Shown piece after piece: positions 62,865 through 64,000 of a stretch of DNA of 64,000 bases. The notes beneath the pieces were generated by a model. That model worked only from the letters and a program-made list of their open reading frames with translations. It was not told where the DNA came from and searched no databases. Made by a program: the position numbers and the translations under genes. Origin of the DNA: Planctomycetota bacterium (GTDB lineage: Bacteria > Planctomycetota > UBA1135 > UBA2386); the NCBI GenBank assembly GCA_046290465.1, contig JBKAGP010000001.1, positions 736,001 through 800,000 of the forward strand, read 5' to 3'. Position 1 is the stretch's first letter. The number at the start of each line of letters is the position of its first letter.

Positions 62865-64000
62865 ATGGTTCGGAGGATTCCGAGTGGGCCGCGCGGCGCG
62901 TCGCGCCGGACAGGCCTGGCCCCCCTTGTCGCCGCCGCGTTGCTGGTCACCGCATGCAAGGAGGATCGCCCTGCATTCGGACCGGGCGGGCACCAGATCG
63001 AACCGCTGCGCCCGGCAGAGTCCGCCGAGGCCGGACAGAGCCGGTTCCGCCGGGTGCCGGCCTCCGAGTCGGGGCTCTCCTTCCGCAACGAACTTCGGCC
63101 GGAGAACCGCTACACGTATCTGACCAACGGCGCCGGCATGGCGGTCGGCGACTACGACGGCGACGGCCTGCTCGACGCCTACCTGATCTCGCAGGACGGG
63201 CCCAACAAGCTGTTCCGGCAGACCGCCCCGCTGCGCTTCGAGGACGTCACGGCCGCGGCCGGCCAGGTGCACGGCGGCGATGCCTGGGGCAGCGGCGCCT
63301 GCTTCGCCGACGTCGACGGGGACGGCGACCTCGACCTCTACGTGTGCAACGTCGAGGCCAGGAACCTGCTCTACCAGAACCAGGGCGACGGCACGTTCGT
63401 CGAGAACGGCGCCAGCTTCGGCCTCGACCTGGTAGCGGCGTCGACGATGGCGGCGTTCGCCGACTTCGACCGCGACGGCCAGCTCGACCTCTACCTGCTG
63501 ACCAACCGCGCGCTGCACGCCGGCTGGGCGCTGACGCCGGAGGTGCTCGACGGCTTCCGGCCGCCGCAGGACACCGTTCGCTCGCCGCGGCAGATGGTGC
63601 CGACGGCGCAGCAGTTCGCCGCTGCGCAGCAGGCCGTGCGCCCGGACGACGAGCACTTCTTCGCGTTCCGCGGCAGGCCCTACACGGCCGGCCAGCCGGA
63701 CCGCCTGCTGCGCAACGTCGGCAACCGGTTCGTCGACGTCACCGACAGCGCCGGCATCCGCGATCGCGGCATGGGCCTGTCGGCGACCTGGTTCGACTAC
63801 GACGACGACGGCTACCCCGACCTCTACGTCGCCAACGACCTCGAGACGCCGGACTTGCTGTACCACAACCAGCGCGACGGCACCTTCCGCGAGGTGTCCC
63901 GCGAGGTCGTGCCGCACACCGCCTACTACGGCATGGGCTCCGACGCCGCCGACGTCGACGGCGACGGCCGCCTCGACCTGATCGTCGCCGACATGAGCAT
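62865..64000 (+). CDS. 3'-truncated FG-GAP/VCBS repeat lipoprotein (CRTAC1/ASPIC-UnbV-like); not in the ORF track
   Basis: Manual translation: LLVTAC lipobox, GAGMAVGDYDGDGLLD, FADVDGDGDLDLYV, DFDRDGQLDLY, DYDDDGYPDLYVAND; open to the window end. Confidence 0.88.
   Translation, partial: MVRRIPSGPRGASRRTGLAPLVAAALLVTACKEDRPAFGPGGHQIEPLRPAESAEAGQSRFRRVPASESGLSFRNELRPENRYTYLTNGAGMAVGDYDGDGLLDAYLISQDGPNKLFRQTAPLRFEDVTAAAGQVHGGDAWGSGACFADVDGDGDLDLYVCNVEARNLLYQNQGDGTFVENGASFGLDLVAASTMAAFADFDRDGQLDLYLLTNRALHAGWALTPEVLDGFRPPQDTVRSPRQMVPTAQQFAAAQQAVRPDDEHFFAFRGRPYTAGQPDRLLRNVGNRFVDVTDSAGIRDRGMGLSATWFDYDDDGYPDLYVANDLETPDLLYHNQRDGTFREVSREVVPHTAYYGMGSDAADVDGDGRLDLIVADMS

Overview
High-GC bacterial chromosomal segment. 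Planctomycetota-like by inference from the lineage-typical C-terminal domains, the K/A-rich protein with an 'RPFPSWSEV' domain, and the HEAT-vWA and FG-GAP proteins. Core content: ald, uppP, mtnA, purC, TPP riboswitch-thiC, phoBR-like pair, htrA-like, M32 peptidase, GH2, nfu, ddl, ROK kinase, rpmF-plsX-fabH-fabG-acpP-fabF (no fabD), alaS, recA, M50 protease, ClC channel, tRNA-Val(GAC) and tRNA-Leu(CAA). Highlights: (1) a cobalamin-riboswitch-controlled, translationally coupled four-gene operon with a BtuH-like secreted protein, two different Dph6-type ATP pyrophosphatases and a DUF6580 membrane protein, a candidate undescribed corrinoid capture and repair system; (2) a 28-bp XerCD dif-like site at 17239-17266, suggesting the window spans the terminus; (3) repeated -10 hexamers 6-7 nt before start codons, suggesting leaderless mRNAs; (4) a shared C-terminal signature on three unrelated secreted proteins; (5) an atypical ABC-transporter islet next to the tRNA-Val 3' end. 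All assignments are by eye from motifs; no database searches were run.
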